This document shows positions 1 through 7,593 of a stretch of DNA of 42,843 nucleotides, piece by piece. Origin of the DNA: a virus (taxonomy: Duplodnaviria; Caudoviricetes); IMG/VR virus record IMGVR_UViG_3300016722_000134, positions 1 to 42,843 of that record. The stretch is one strand, 5' to 3'. Each line of letters opens with the position of its first letter. Within the stretch, counting starts at the first letter, position 1. Below the pieces are notes generated by a model, which saw only the letters and a program-made list of their open reading frames with translations, did no database searches and was not told where the DNA came from. A program made the translations under genes and the position numbers.

Positions 1-237
1 GCTACTGGTGCTACTGGCTTAACCGGCCCAACCGGTGCTACTGGCTTAACCGGCCCAACTGGGGCTACCGGCGCAGCTGGCTTAACCGGTCCAACTGGGG
101 CTACCGGCGCTACGGGCTTAACCGGTCCAACTGGGGCTACCGGCGCTACTGGCTTAACCGGTGCAACCGGTGCAACCGGCGCTACGGGCTTAACCGGCCC
201 AACTGGCGCTACTGGTGCAACCGGCGCTGCGGGAGGC
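1..237 (+). repeat. Coding 9-bp-period repeat (Gly-X-Thr collagen triplets)
   Basis: Recurrent ggcttaaccggc / ggggctaccggc / ggtgcaaccggc units. Confidence 0.9.
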
Positions 238-660
238 ATATTAAACTTTGCAGATTTCTTTGCCTTGATGCCTCCTGACAATGAAGCGACAGTAGCTCCT
301 GGCACCGACGTGAGTTTTCCTCAGGATGGATCGACTGGTGGAGGGGCCATTACCCGCACCGGCCCCAGCTCATTTAACTTGGCTTTAATTGGAACTTATC
401 AAGTCCTTTTTCAGGTAAGTGTCGATGAAGCAGGGCAATTAATTCTAACTCTTAATGGGGCAGATTTAGCTGATACGGTAGTAGGGCGTGCAACAGGCAC
501 TTCTCAGATCGTGGGAATGGCTCTTGTGACAACAACAGTGATTAATTCAATACTCACTGTACGAAATCCTGCCGGTAATTCAACGGCGCTGACCATCACT
601 CCTCTCGCCGGAGGAACAAGGCCTGTGTCTGCACATCTTGTTATTACACAGCTCCAATAA
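1..660 (+). CDS. Collagen-like exosporium/spore surface glycoprotein (BclA/BclB-like C-terminal domain), 5'-truncated by the window
   Basis: Frame 1 is open from base 1 with GXT triplets ([10 protein letters not shown]...) and continues into the 265..660 ORF ([12 protein letters not shown]...[11 protein letters not shown]...[10 protein letters not shown]). Confidence 0.85.
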   Translation, partial: ATGATGLTGPTGATGLTGPTGATGAAGLTGPTGATGATGLTGPTGATGATGLTGATGATGATGLTGPTGATGATGAAGGILNFADFFALMPPDNEATVAPGTDVSFPQDGSTGGGAITRTGPSSFNLALIGTYQVLFQVSVDEAGQLILTLNGADLADTVVGRATGTSQIVGMALVTTTVINSILTVRNPAGNSTALTITPLAGGTRPVSAHLVITQLQ

Positions 661-741
661 ATCAATTTATATGCTAATATAATTTCTTTTCCAATCTGGT
701 TTGCAATCAGTAAAATGATATGATCGTATATGCCGACCAAC

Positions 742-782
742 ATGAAAAGTCCGCATGGCTCTCGGCCTTGCAGACTTTTCAT
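742..782 (+). terminator. Hairpin, probable terminator after the collagen-like gene
   Basis: atgaaaagtc...gacttttcat inverted repeat followed by a T-rich tract. Confidence 0.5.
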
Positions 783-837
783 TTCTTTACTGCGCATTGT
801 GGGAGAATTTTTGCTATATTGTCATCGATGAAACGTC

Positions 838-866
838 TTGACTTAAATCGGAATAAGTTCTATTAT
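838..866 (+). promoter_or_regulatory. Sigma-A-type promoter for 937..1377
   Basis: TTGACT-17 bp-TATTAT; RBS AGGAG before ATG 937. Confidence 0.55.
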
Positions 867-936
867 TTAATTGAAAAGACTGATAAAATTGTTATAAATA
901 TACAATATCCCATTAGGGCAGAAAAGAGGAGCTGTT

Positions 937-1377
937 ATGAAAAGCTATGAAATAGCACATCAGGGAAGTCGGTATGTCGTTAAGACCCCCAATGGCAGTG
1001 GCGGCTTTCATGTTTCGGCACCATTTAAGACACATGCAGCCGCGCAGGGATACATTGACCAACAGCGTGCTGCCGCAGGGGATTTAGCGCATGACGGGCA
1101 GGATAAATCAGAAAAAGCGGTTGCCGATACGAACGGTTATGAAGCAGCAGGGGGCGAATATGGGTTTACGGTTTACGAAGGAAAGCAATTCGCATTGACA
1201 GGTACACCAAACTTTGCCGGCGTTTTCGGATTAGGGATCAGCGCGGATAATTACTCTGTTGCTTGTATTGATGAAGATGGTAAAAAATACACCGCGTATT
1301 TCGAGATACTTGAAAAAGACGCTGATAACGTGGTGTTAGCCGACTGGGATAACGCAAGTCTGGTTCAAAGAGTATAG
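937..1377 (+). CDS. Hypothetical protein (146 aa)
   Basis: Good RBS, promoter and downstream hairpin; no family recognised. Confidence 0.7.
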   Translation: MKSYEIAHQGSRYVVKTPNGSGGFHVSAPFKTHAAAQGYIDQQRAAAGDLAHDGQDKSEKAVADTNGYEAAGGEYGFTVYEGKQFALTGTPNFAGVFGLGISADNYSVACIDEDGKKYTAYFEILEKDADNVVLADWDNASLVQRV

Positions 1378-1419
1378 CGACTGACCGATTTTCAAAAACA
1401 AACCGTAGCGCACCGAAAA

Positions 1420-1484
1420 TGAACTGCACCCCTTTCGTTAGACAGTATGGCATACTGAAATAACGAAAGGGGTGCTTTTGTATG
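1420..1484 (+). mobile_element. Probable IS3-family left-end remnant forming a strong hairpin; no transposase
   Basis: Starts TGAACTGCACCCC, resembling IS3/IS150-type ends. Perfect 15-bp IR gcacccctttcgtta (1426-1440) / taacgaaaggggtgc (1461-1475), inner IR cagtatg/catactg, ends at an ATG. Confidence 0.5.
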
Positions 1485-1533
1485 TTGTGCCTCTTTCTGG
1501 AAAAGATACTTCTAAACAGGTAACAAATGATGC

Positions 1534-1980
1534 ATGGAGGGATTCAGTGTGTTGGGTATTCTTTTTGGTATTCTGGCGGGGGCGGCAATGAGTTTTCAAG
1601 GGGTCATGGATACTCGTCTGGGCGACCGCATCGGGTTGTATGAATCAAATGTTTTGGTGCAGGGAGTAGCATTCGTCTTGTCTGTCATTGCCCTGCTGCT
1701 TTTAGGCAAAGGGAACTTCGGGGAATTGGGCGGTACAAACAAGATTTACCTTCTGGGTGGTGTGCTGGGCATCGTCATCACCATCACCGTGATGCTGTCT
1801 ATCAAGGGGTTAGGGCCTACGGTGGCCATTTCCGTCATTTTGATCTCACAGCTTTTGGTCGCCGCGTTAATCGATGCCTTCGGAATTCTTGATTCGGAGC
1901 GAATTCCCTTCTGTTGGCAAAAATACAGTGGCATCGCCTTGATGGTTGCAGGTGTGCTGCTGTTCAGATGGAAAGATTAG
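1534..1980 (+). CDS. DMT-superfamily small transporter (YdcZ-like)
   Basis: 148 aa, ~5 TM helices; AGAAMSFQG, LLGGVLG and ISQLLVAALIDAFG motifs. Confidence 0.85.
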   Translation: MEGFSVLGILFGILAGAAMSFQGVMDTRLGDRIGLYESNVLVQGVAFVLSVIALLLLGKGNFGELGGTNKIYLLGGVLGIVITITVMLSIKGLGPTVAISVILISQLLVAALIDAFGILDSERIPFCWQKYSGIALMVAGVLLFRWKD

Positions 1981-2056
1981 AAATTTTCATAAAGGCACTT
2001 ATGCCATTGACTTAACAATACAGTTTTTTTCGCTACGTATTAAAGAATAATTTTTT

Positions 2057-2084
2057 AACTATGGAATTCAAGTCAGCATACTAT
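2057..2084 (+). promoter_or_regulatory. Putative mother-cell (SigK/SigE-type) promoter
   Basis: AC-17 bp-CATACTAT upstream of RBS GAGGTG and ORF 2101. Confidence 0.45.
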
Positions 2085-2100
2085 GAGTCTGAGGTGATAA

Positions 2101-2283
2101 TTGATGCCGCAGTGCTCTTCAGGAGACGACCTTGTACTCCTTGCATCTACTACAGCAATTGCAATGTCTAAAGGAATGAGTCTCAATGATATCAATATCT
2201 TCTCGAGCTTTTTTAGCGCTCTTGGTGACAACCTCGGCATTATTGCGGCTCAACAGGCGGCTTGTAAAGAGTCAATTGAATGA
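2101..2283 (+). CDS. Small hypothetical protein (DUF6774-like)
   Basis: RBS GAGGTG; LASTTAIAMSKG...FFSALGDNL pattern typical of small clostridial proteins. Confidence 0.65.
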   Translation: MMPQCSSGDDLVLLASTTAIAMSKGMSLNDINIFSSFFSALGDNLGIIAAQQAACKESIE

Positions 2284-2434
2284 GCCGGTACAGATAAAAT
2301 TTCACATTTTTAACATAACCTTTAGATAGCGTTCACATTAAAAACACATCAGCCCGCTATACTTTAATTATTCCAAACAGCTTATAAGCCTTTATATGAG
2401 GATTCATATAAAACTTTTTCATAATTTCCTTCCT

Positions 2435-2466
2435 AAATGCCGCTCTTTATATAGGGCGGCATTTTT
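2435..2466. terminator. Bidirectional intrinsic terminator
   Basis: aaatgccgctct-loop-agggcggcattttt between convergent genes. Confidence 0.75.
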
Positions 2467-2518
2467 ATGGTTGTTTATTTACCTCCATGTGGTATCATTG
2501 AAAGGTAATTTCTTGATA

Positions 2519-2782
2519 TTATACTTTTTCCGTATATTCGAAGAGATAGTCCGACATGACCTCTCCTGCGTGCTTCATCATTTTTTTGTCACATTCCAAC
2601 TGTTCAGATTCAGGCATCAATACTGTCCTCTTAATAGGCTTAAATTGATATGTACCATCCGCAGTTGAAACCTGCTCAAACACAATTTCTTCCCGGCAGC
2701 GCACGGAACCGTCACCGGATTTATCAATGATGTAGCTGGTTCCGATAAATGTAAACGGCTTTTTGGCTGCCAAGATAATCAC
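2519..2782 (-). CDS. Small hypothetical protein; candidate recombination directionality factor
   Basis: 87-aa ORF with GAGGTG at its start, directly behind the shared 27-bp element and divergent from the recombinase operon. The RDF role is inference. Confidence 0.6.
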   Translation of the reverse strand: MIILAAKKPFTFIGTSYIIDKSGDGSVRCREEIVFEQVSTADGTYQFKPIKRTVLMPESEQLECDKKMMKHAGEVMSDYLFEYTEKV

Positions 2783-2793
2783 CTCATTCCATG

Positions 2794-2820
2794 TTTATTA
2801 AGATCGCGGATTGTCCTATG
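2794..2820 (-). repeat. 27-bp element, copy 1 (putative sporulation-sigma promoter)
   Basis: tttattaagatcgcggattgtcctatg, identical to 40149-40175. Confidence 0.9.
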
Positions 2821-3027
2821 CGGTCTTATTGTCATAAAGATGATCTGCAGCCAAATGCCTTTGTCAATCGTAATTCCATTCAATAATCTGAATCGTGATT
2901 GATACAGTCAGTGAAAAGCTCTTACGGTGCCTTTCACAAATAAAATATTTTAAGTATAAGGCCGCCTATCGGCGATGATAGAGGGCTTGGATTTTGTTAA
3001 ATACATCATGAAGAAAGAAGGAGTATT

Positions 3028-3807
3028 GTGATATGCCCAAAATGTGGAGCGGAATTCGAGGGAGAAAAATGTCCTCATTGTGAAACTCCATCAAACGAAC
3101 CCTTACAGACGAAAAAGCCACCCACGCCGAAATATCCCGTACCGCAAAACAAGAAAATAAATTGGTTGATCGTTATCATATTAATTCTCATGGCGATCAT
3201 TATAATTATAATGATCGTTACTACGGTGGTCAGCGGAAATGAAAAAGCGGACAGTTCTTCAAGCGCAGTTCAGTCCTCTTCCCCAACATCTGTTTCTGCG
3301 TCCGTTTCTCAAACTGTATCAAGCCATAATAGTTCTCCGTCTGCTTCTTCCTCCTCCTCCTCCAGTTCGGGAGCGCCGGCGCAATCCGGTTCGCCATCAG
3401 CAAGCGAAAATGAATACGCGCTTCCGCCTGAATCTGCTTCTGCATCCGGGACTAACTCCGTCAGTCAATCCACAAGTGAATCCGCCAACAGCGCAAGCTC
3501 CCAGTCGCTCTTTGCATCTATTTTCCAAGATGTTGTGCCGTCGGATTCGGGTTCTGCACTGCCGGATAACAGCGGCTCCGACGTTTCCGAAGCGGAATAC
3601 GATCAAACTGAAGATGGAATGACCTATGAGCAGGTGAAAGCAATCATAGGCGGTACCGGAAAAGTACAATCGGAGTTTGGAAAAAAAGGTGACAGCATTT
3701 ATACCGTTACATATCGATGGCAGGGATACGGTTCGCCGGACGCATATGCTGATTTTACATTTGAAAACGGTAAACTTGATATGAAGATCCAATTCGGCCT
3801 ACAATAA
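3028..3807 (+). CDS. Zinc-ribbon / TM / Ser-rich linker / C-terminal DUF3862 (BLIP-like) membrane protein
   Basis: CPKC...CPHC, hydrophobic helix, poly-Ser linker, GMTYEQVKAIIG...Y.W...F.NGKL motif. Confidence 0.75.
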   Translation: MICPKCGAEFEGEKCPHCETPSNEPLQTKKPPTPKYPVPQNKKINWLIVIILILMAIIIIIMIVTTVVSGNEKADSSSSAVQSSSPTSVSASVSQTVSSHNSSPSASSSSSSSSGAPAQSGSPSASENEYALPPESASASGTNSVSQSTSESANSASSQSLFASIFQDVVPSDSGSALPDNSGSDVSEAEYDQTEDGMTYEQVKAIIGGTGKVQSEFGKKGDSIYTVTYRWQGYGSPDAYADFTFENGKLDMKIQFGLQ

Positions 3808-3835
3808 ATTTTCTCTTATCTGTGGGGGTGAGCGC

Positions 3836-5266
3836 ATGAAAATAGCAGCTGCTTATATCCGCGTATCGACAGAAGACCAAACAGAATACAGTCCGGACAG
3901 TCAGTTGAAAATCATTCGGGACTATGCAAAAAAAAATGATATGATTCTTCCGGATGAATACATTTTTGTGGACGAGGGCATCTCCGGCCGCAAGGCTGAG
4001 AAACGGCCTGCGTTTATGCACATGATCGGTACTGCCAAAAAAAAGCCGAAGCCCTTTGATGTGATTCTTGTCTATGCGCTCTCGCGCTTTGCCCGAAACA
4101 GAGAAGACAGCGTGGTTTACAAGCGTATGCTGCGCAAAGACCTCGATATTGACCTGATCAGCACCTCGCAGGACTTTGGCAATGACAAGACATCCATTTT
4201 AATTGAAGCGCTCTTAGAGGCAATGGACGAATATTACAGCATAGACCTTGGGGAAAATGTAAAGCGCGGCATGAATGAAAAGGTTTCCCGCGGTGAGCCG
4301 GTAAGCGCTCCTGCTTTCGGGTACCTCATTCAAAATAAGCAATACTATATGAATCCTGACACTGCCCCGTTGGTCAAGATGATGTTTGATGATTATATCA
4401 GCGGCATAAGTTACCGAAATATAGCGGCCAAACTCAATGCGATGGGAATCCGGACAAAGCGCGGCGGCCTTTGGGAAAACAGAACAGTGGAATACGTTCT
4501 GCGCAATCCCGTGTATATCGGGAAAATCCGCTGGAACCCGGAGGGATGGACTCGGCGTAATTATGATGATCCAAATGTTATCATTATAGAGGGCACTCAT
4601 GAGCATCTAATCGATGACGACACCTGGCAAAAAACGCAAGATCGTTTCGCTGAGAATAAATTGATGTACGGCAAGTATGCCGGCCCTAAAAAATCATCCG
4701 GTTTCATGCTTCAGGGTTTGGTAAAATGCAGCAGCTGCGGCAGCACTTTGACAAGAATCTCCGGCGCATCGATGCAATGCCAAGCATATGCTCACGGCAA
4801 GTGTACGATTTCTCACTGCGTAAAAATTCAAAAGTTGGAGGACATGGTTTTATCAATAATAGAACTCAACCTCAAATTCGGCGACATTCATCTGATTCAA
4901 AAGGTCGAGCCAAAGTCAGACTACGAATCCGCAGCAATTGAAAAGCAATTAATTCGTGAAAAACAAAAGTTGATACGCATTAAAGAAGCCTATGAGAACG
5001 GCGTGGATTCCCTTGCCGAGTATAAAACCAACAAGCAGAAAATCACCGATCAGATAATTCAGCTCGAATCAGAAAAGCCCGTGGTTAAGCCTACTCATGC
5101 GGATGAGCTTGTGAAAAAGTTTTGCAATGGGCACAGGAACACAATCAAAAAGCTGCGCGATGAGCACACGGCACCCGAAGAAAAGAATAAGCTGCTCCGT
5201 ACTTTCGTTGACAAAATTGTATTTGACAAGGCAAACAGTCATTTGCAAGTTTTTTATTATCTATAA
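3836..5266 (+). CDS. Large serine recombinase (integrase, SpoIVCA/CisA-like)
   Basis: YIRVSTEDQ catalytic Ser motif, DEGISG, SRFARN, recombinase domain, CSSC...C...C zinc ribbon, coiled coil. Confidence 0.97.
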   Translation: MKIAAAYIRVSTEDQTEYSPDSQLKIIRDYAKKNDMILPDEYIFVDEGISGRKAEKRPAFMHMIGTAKKKPKPFDVILVYALSRFARNREDSVVYKRMLRKDLDIDLISTSQDFGNDKTSILIEALLEAMDEYYSIDLGENVKRGMNEKVSRGEPVSAPAFGYLIQNKQYYMNPDTAPLVKMMFDDYISGISYRNIAAKLNAMGIRTKRGGLWENRTVEYVLRNPVYIGKIRWNPEGWTRRNYDDPNVIIIEGTHEHLIDDDTWQKTQDRFAENKLMYGKYAGPKKSSGFMLQGLVKCSSCGSTLTRISGASMQCQAYAHGKCTISHCVKIQKLEDMVLSIIELNLKFGDIHLIQKVEPKSDYESAAIEKQLIREKQKLIRIKEAYENGVDSLAEYKTNKQKITDQIIQLESEKPVVKPTHADELVKKFCNGHRNTIKKLRDEHTAPEEKNKLLRTFVDKIVFDKANSHLQVFYYL

Positions 5267-5271
5267 ACTTG

Positions 5272-5289
5272 TAACAAAATGGAATATGG
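5272..5289. other. att-like junction (attR of the left element)
   Basis: Arm TAACAAAATGGAATAT immediately after the recombinase stop and abutting cotJC-like sequence; inverted match to the arm at 5397-5412. Confidence 0.65.
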
Positions 5290-5407
5290 TGGGCCACACG
5301 GTGAAATCGGTGCCTCGCTCCGCTACCTAAGCCAACGCTATACAATGCCCTATCCGGAGCTCAAAGCGATTTTGACAGATATAGGGACAGAGGAATATGT
5401 TCCATAA
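5279..5407 (+). pseudogene. cotJC: Internal fragment of a manganese-catalase-family spore coat gene (CotJC-like)
   Basis: Translates (ME)YGGPHGEIGASLRYLSQRYTMPYPELKAILTDIGTEE(YVP*), matching the family motifs QYGGPxGE...RYLSQR...LTDIGTEEL.H. The N-terminus and everything after TEE are missing. Confidence 0.88.
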
Positions 5408-5412
5408 GGTTA
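5395..5412. other. att-like junction (attL of the prophage)
   Basis: Family similarity stops after GAG GAA. The following ATGTTCCATAAGGTTA reverse-complements to TAACCTTATGGAACAT, matching the left arm. Confidence 0.65.
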
Positions 5413-5430
5413 TCAGTAATATAAAACAAA

Positions 5431-5466
5431 AATCCCCGTCAGCCGATAAAAGGCCAGCGGGGGATT
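5431..5466 (-). terminator. Terminator of the late/lysis operon
   Basis: aatcccc...ggggatt stem with a T-tract on the minus strand, just after the holin stop. Confidence 0.65.
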
Positions 5467-5484
5467 CGTCATATCATGTATTAA

Positions 5485-5820
5485 TTATTGTGCCGCGGTA
5501 TCATCCGTGGGAGGATTGCTTGCTGTGTTATTCTCAACCGCTGTCGCTGCAGCCTGTTGTGTTTCATCAGCTGGGGCAGGAACAACAGTACCAATTAAAG
5601 GCCCAATGTACTTCGTGGCCGTATTGGTCGTATTGACCGCCGATGCATCTACCAAGCCTTCGCCGACTATGTAGGCGATTACGCTGCCAAGCGACATAAT
5701 CACCCCGCTGATCTGCGTGGTGGTATTGGCGTCCACTGCAAAGAGTGCCAGGATGCCGACAATCAAACCCGCGAGGGCTATCCAAAATTTGCGCGATGTG
5801 AGTTTCTTGCTGATATTCAT
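5485..5820 (-). CDS. Holin
   Basis: KLTSRKFW start, two TM helices, located in the lysis cassette. Confidence 0.8.
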   Translation of the reverse strand: MNISKKLTSRKFWIALAGLIVGILALFAVDANTTTQISGVIMSLGSVIAYIVGEGLVDASAVNTTNTATKYIGPLIGTVVPAPADETQQAAATAVENNTASNPPTDDTAAQ

Positions 5821-5856
5821 AATTAATCCTTCTTTCAGCCGGATTGACCGGCTATT

Positions 5857-6186
5857 TTAGTTTTCTACGGGCGGTGTGGCCGGGAGGTCACGCACCATGT
5901 TGTACAAGTCCGTGCCTGTCCCGTTACCGCCCAATGCATGATATGGATTATAAAGCAGCTCTAAATTTTTACGATCTTGTACGTCCGCGTAGCCTTTACG
6001 TTGACAATCAATACAAGCCTGATAGATACGGTCATGCAGCAGACCCCGGAGCCCTTCCTCAACCGCCTCCTGCCGTGCCGTCTGACATTTTTGGCGGCCC
6101 CATATGTGTTTTACCACAGCGCCCAGTCCTCCGGTTACTGCCCCAAAGAGCGCTGTTAACCAATACTTAACTAACCAATCCCTCAT
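5857..6186 (-). CDS. Lysis-cassette membrane protein (holin-associated)
   Basis: N-terminal TM helix; LLHDRI...YHALGGNG pattern common next to Firmicutes phage lysins. Confidence 0.7.
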   Translation of the reverse strand: MRDWLVKYWLTALFGAVTGGLGAVVKHIWGRQKCQTARQEAVEEGLRGLLHDRIYQACIDCQRKGYADVQDRKNLELLYNPYHALGGNGTGTDLYNMVRDLPATPPVEN

Positions 6187-6201
6187 GCCGTGCCCCTCCG
6201 A

Positions 6202-7053
6202 TTATGTAACATTGACCGCAAAGGTCTTTGTCCCGTTGATATAAACGCCCGTGCCAGATTTAGCCGCCCCAACAGCACAGAGATAAAAATAATAATCATT
6301 GCCAATAACATATCGCGGGATAACCGTGACCACGTCCGCGGTGCCTGTAGTGACGGTCGGTTCTTTGTCGGCGGTCACTTTAAGTTGGTAAAATGCTCCG
6401 TGCTTGATGGCCATATCCGACGTGGTGTCGCTTTTAAAAGTGGCAGGGGCAAAATCCTTATAACTCACATCCATATCCACATTGCTGGTGATACCGTCCA
6501 CCTTGCCATCAGATGCATACTGCCACATATCGCACAAAGCAGAGCGGTCGGTATTATCCGGCGTTGCCTTGCTGTACCGCGCCATCCAAATAGGGATATT
6601 TGCGGCTTTGATACGGTTTACGTCAAGCAGTTTGGCTACATAAAGCCAATTGTAATTACTGTAAATCATTGGCTGATATCCGGCGGCTTTAATCCGTGCG
6701 CAAACATCCAGTGCAAGGTCAGTCAGCTTGTCTCGGCCGAGGTCGGACAACTCGGTGCCTTTAGGCGGATTTTCCACGTCTACAGCGACCGGCCAAGTGA
6801 TTTTATATGGCTTGATAGCTGCCAAGCAATCCCGTACTTGATCTGCAGCACTCCCGGCGCGCAGAAAATGATATACGCCGACTGGTAGGCCTGCTGCGAT
6901 TGCCGCGGCTGTGTTGGCCGCAAAGCACAGGTCAACATAATTGACACCCTCGGTTGCCTTGATCATCACATAATCTATGCCAGCAGCTTTTACGCGTTTA
7001 AAATCGGGATTGCCCTGATGGTGGGCTATATCAATTCCTCTGTATGTACTCAT
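6202..7053 (-). CDS. Endolysin, GH25 muramidase with C-terminal beta domain
   Basis: GIDIAHHQG, IKATEG, GVYHF, VDVE, WQY...VDMD motifs. Confidence 0.93.
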   Translation of the reverse strand: MSTYRGIDIAHHQGNPDFKRVKAAGIDYVMIKATEGVNYVDLCFAANTAAAIAAGLPVGVYHFLRAGSAADQVRDCLAAIKPYKITWPVAVDVENPPKGTELSDLGRDKLTDLALDVCARIKAAGYQPMIYSNYNWLYVAKLLDVNRIKAANIPIWMARYSKATPDNTDRSALCDMWQYASDGKVDGITSNVDMDVSYKDFAPATFKSDTTSDMAIKHGAFYQLKVTADKEPTVTTGTADVVTVIPRYVIGNDYYFYLCAVGAAKSGTGVYINGTKTFAVNVT

Positions 7054-7184
7054 GCGTAAACCTCCCCTGTAATCTCCGTGTACTGTTCAGCGGTAATCCA
7101 TTCAAATGGAGCAACTACCGCTTTTTTTAAATTTGCTTTTGGCAATCTGCCAGCATCATAAAGCCTTTTTAATGTATCGTACAT
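7050..7184 (-). CDS. XkdX-like small protein (44 aa; absent from the ORF track)
   Basis: MYDTLKRLYDAG...WITAEQYTEITGEVYA; its stop overlaps the endolysin start (ATGA). Confidence 0.8.
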   Translation of the reverse strand: MYDTLKRLYDAGRLPKANLKKAVVAPFEWITAEQYTEITGEVYA

Positions 7185-7186
7185 TT

Positions 7187-7582
7187 TTACACCCCCAATG
7201 TAGCTAATGTAAGCGCGTCGATTGCTGCCGTATTATTTGCTGTCTGTACCTCCGCATAGGTTAGCTGCGCCAATGTCACGCAAAGCCTGTCCTCGGCGAC
7301 CTCCGGTGCAGTAGACGTTGCGGGGGTGGTCACGATTGGTTTAATTGCCAATTCCGCGCGGATGCTGTAATTGTCATGAATGTACTGCTGATCTCCGTCG
7401 ATCAGCGTAAGTTTGCCGGTTTTGGCGCTGTCGGCTGTAAGGGCATCGAGCGCATCGACCTTCATCGTGCCTTTTGCAATCTGAATTTCGAGCGCGTCAC
7501 GCTGTGCGCCCTGCACATAAACTGATTTGCCGTTAACTACCAACACATCAAGCGTGGTGCCGTCATTGAGTTTTAATTGCAT
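7187..7582 (-). CDS. Phage protein (tail-fibre-associated)
   Basis: RBS GGAGG; lies between the receptor-binding gene and XkdX. Confidence 0.7.
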   Translation of the reverse strand: MQLKLNDGTTLDVLVVNGKSVYVQGAQRDALEIQIAKGTMKVDALDALTADSAKTGKLTLIDGDQQYIHDNYSIRAELAIKPIVTTPATSTAPEVAEDRLCVTLAQLTYAEVQTANNTAAIDALTLATLGV

Positions 7583-7593
7583 ATGTATGCCTC

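Larger units (their letters stand above)
1..5289. mobile_element. Right end of a serine-recombinase element (degenerate prophage / skin-like) inserted in a cotJC-like gene; left end outside the window
   Basis: Large serine recombinase ends ~20 bp before a cotJC-like reading frame resumes. It is preceded by a prophage-type membrane gene and shares a 27-bp sequence with the neighbouring prophage. The 5' part of cotJC is not seen in 1-5280, so the left boundary is inferred. Confidence 0.65.

Noticed and set aside
1-237. CRISPR array or non-coding tandem repeat
   Set aside because: The period is 9 bp and in frame, encoding collagen GXT; there are no spacers.
720-950. ORF containing QYPI as the missing cotJC 5' piece
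   Set aside because: Only a 3-4 residue coincidence, flanking family residues are absent, and the ORF overlaps a hairpin and a promoter.
5279-5407. Functional 42-aa mini-protein
   Set aside because: Its ATG and stop come from the att arms, it has no clear RBS, and most metal ligands are missing.
3836-5485. Window is an excised phage circle with the recombinase next to its own attP
   Set aside because: Host-type cotJC sequence intervenes, non-phage cargo lies to the left, and the phage immunity module is 35 kb away at the other end. The recombinase acting on both elements is not excluded.
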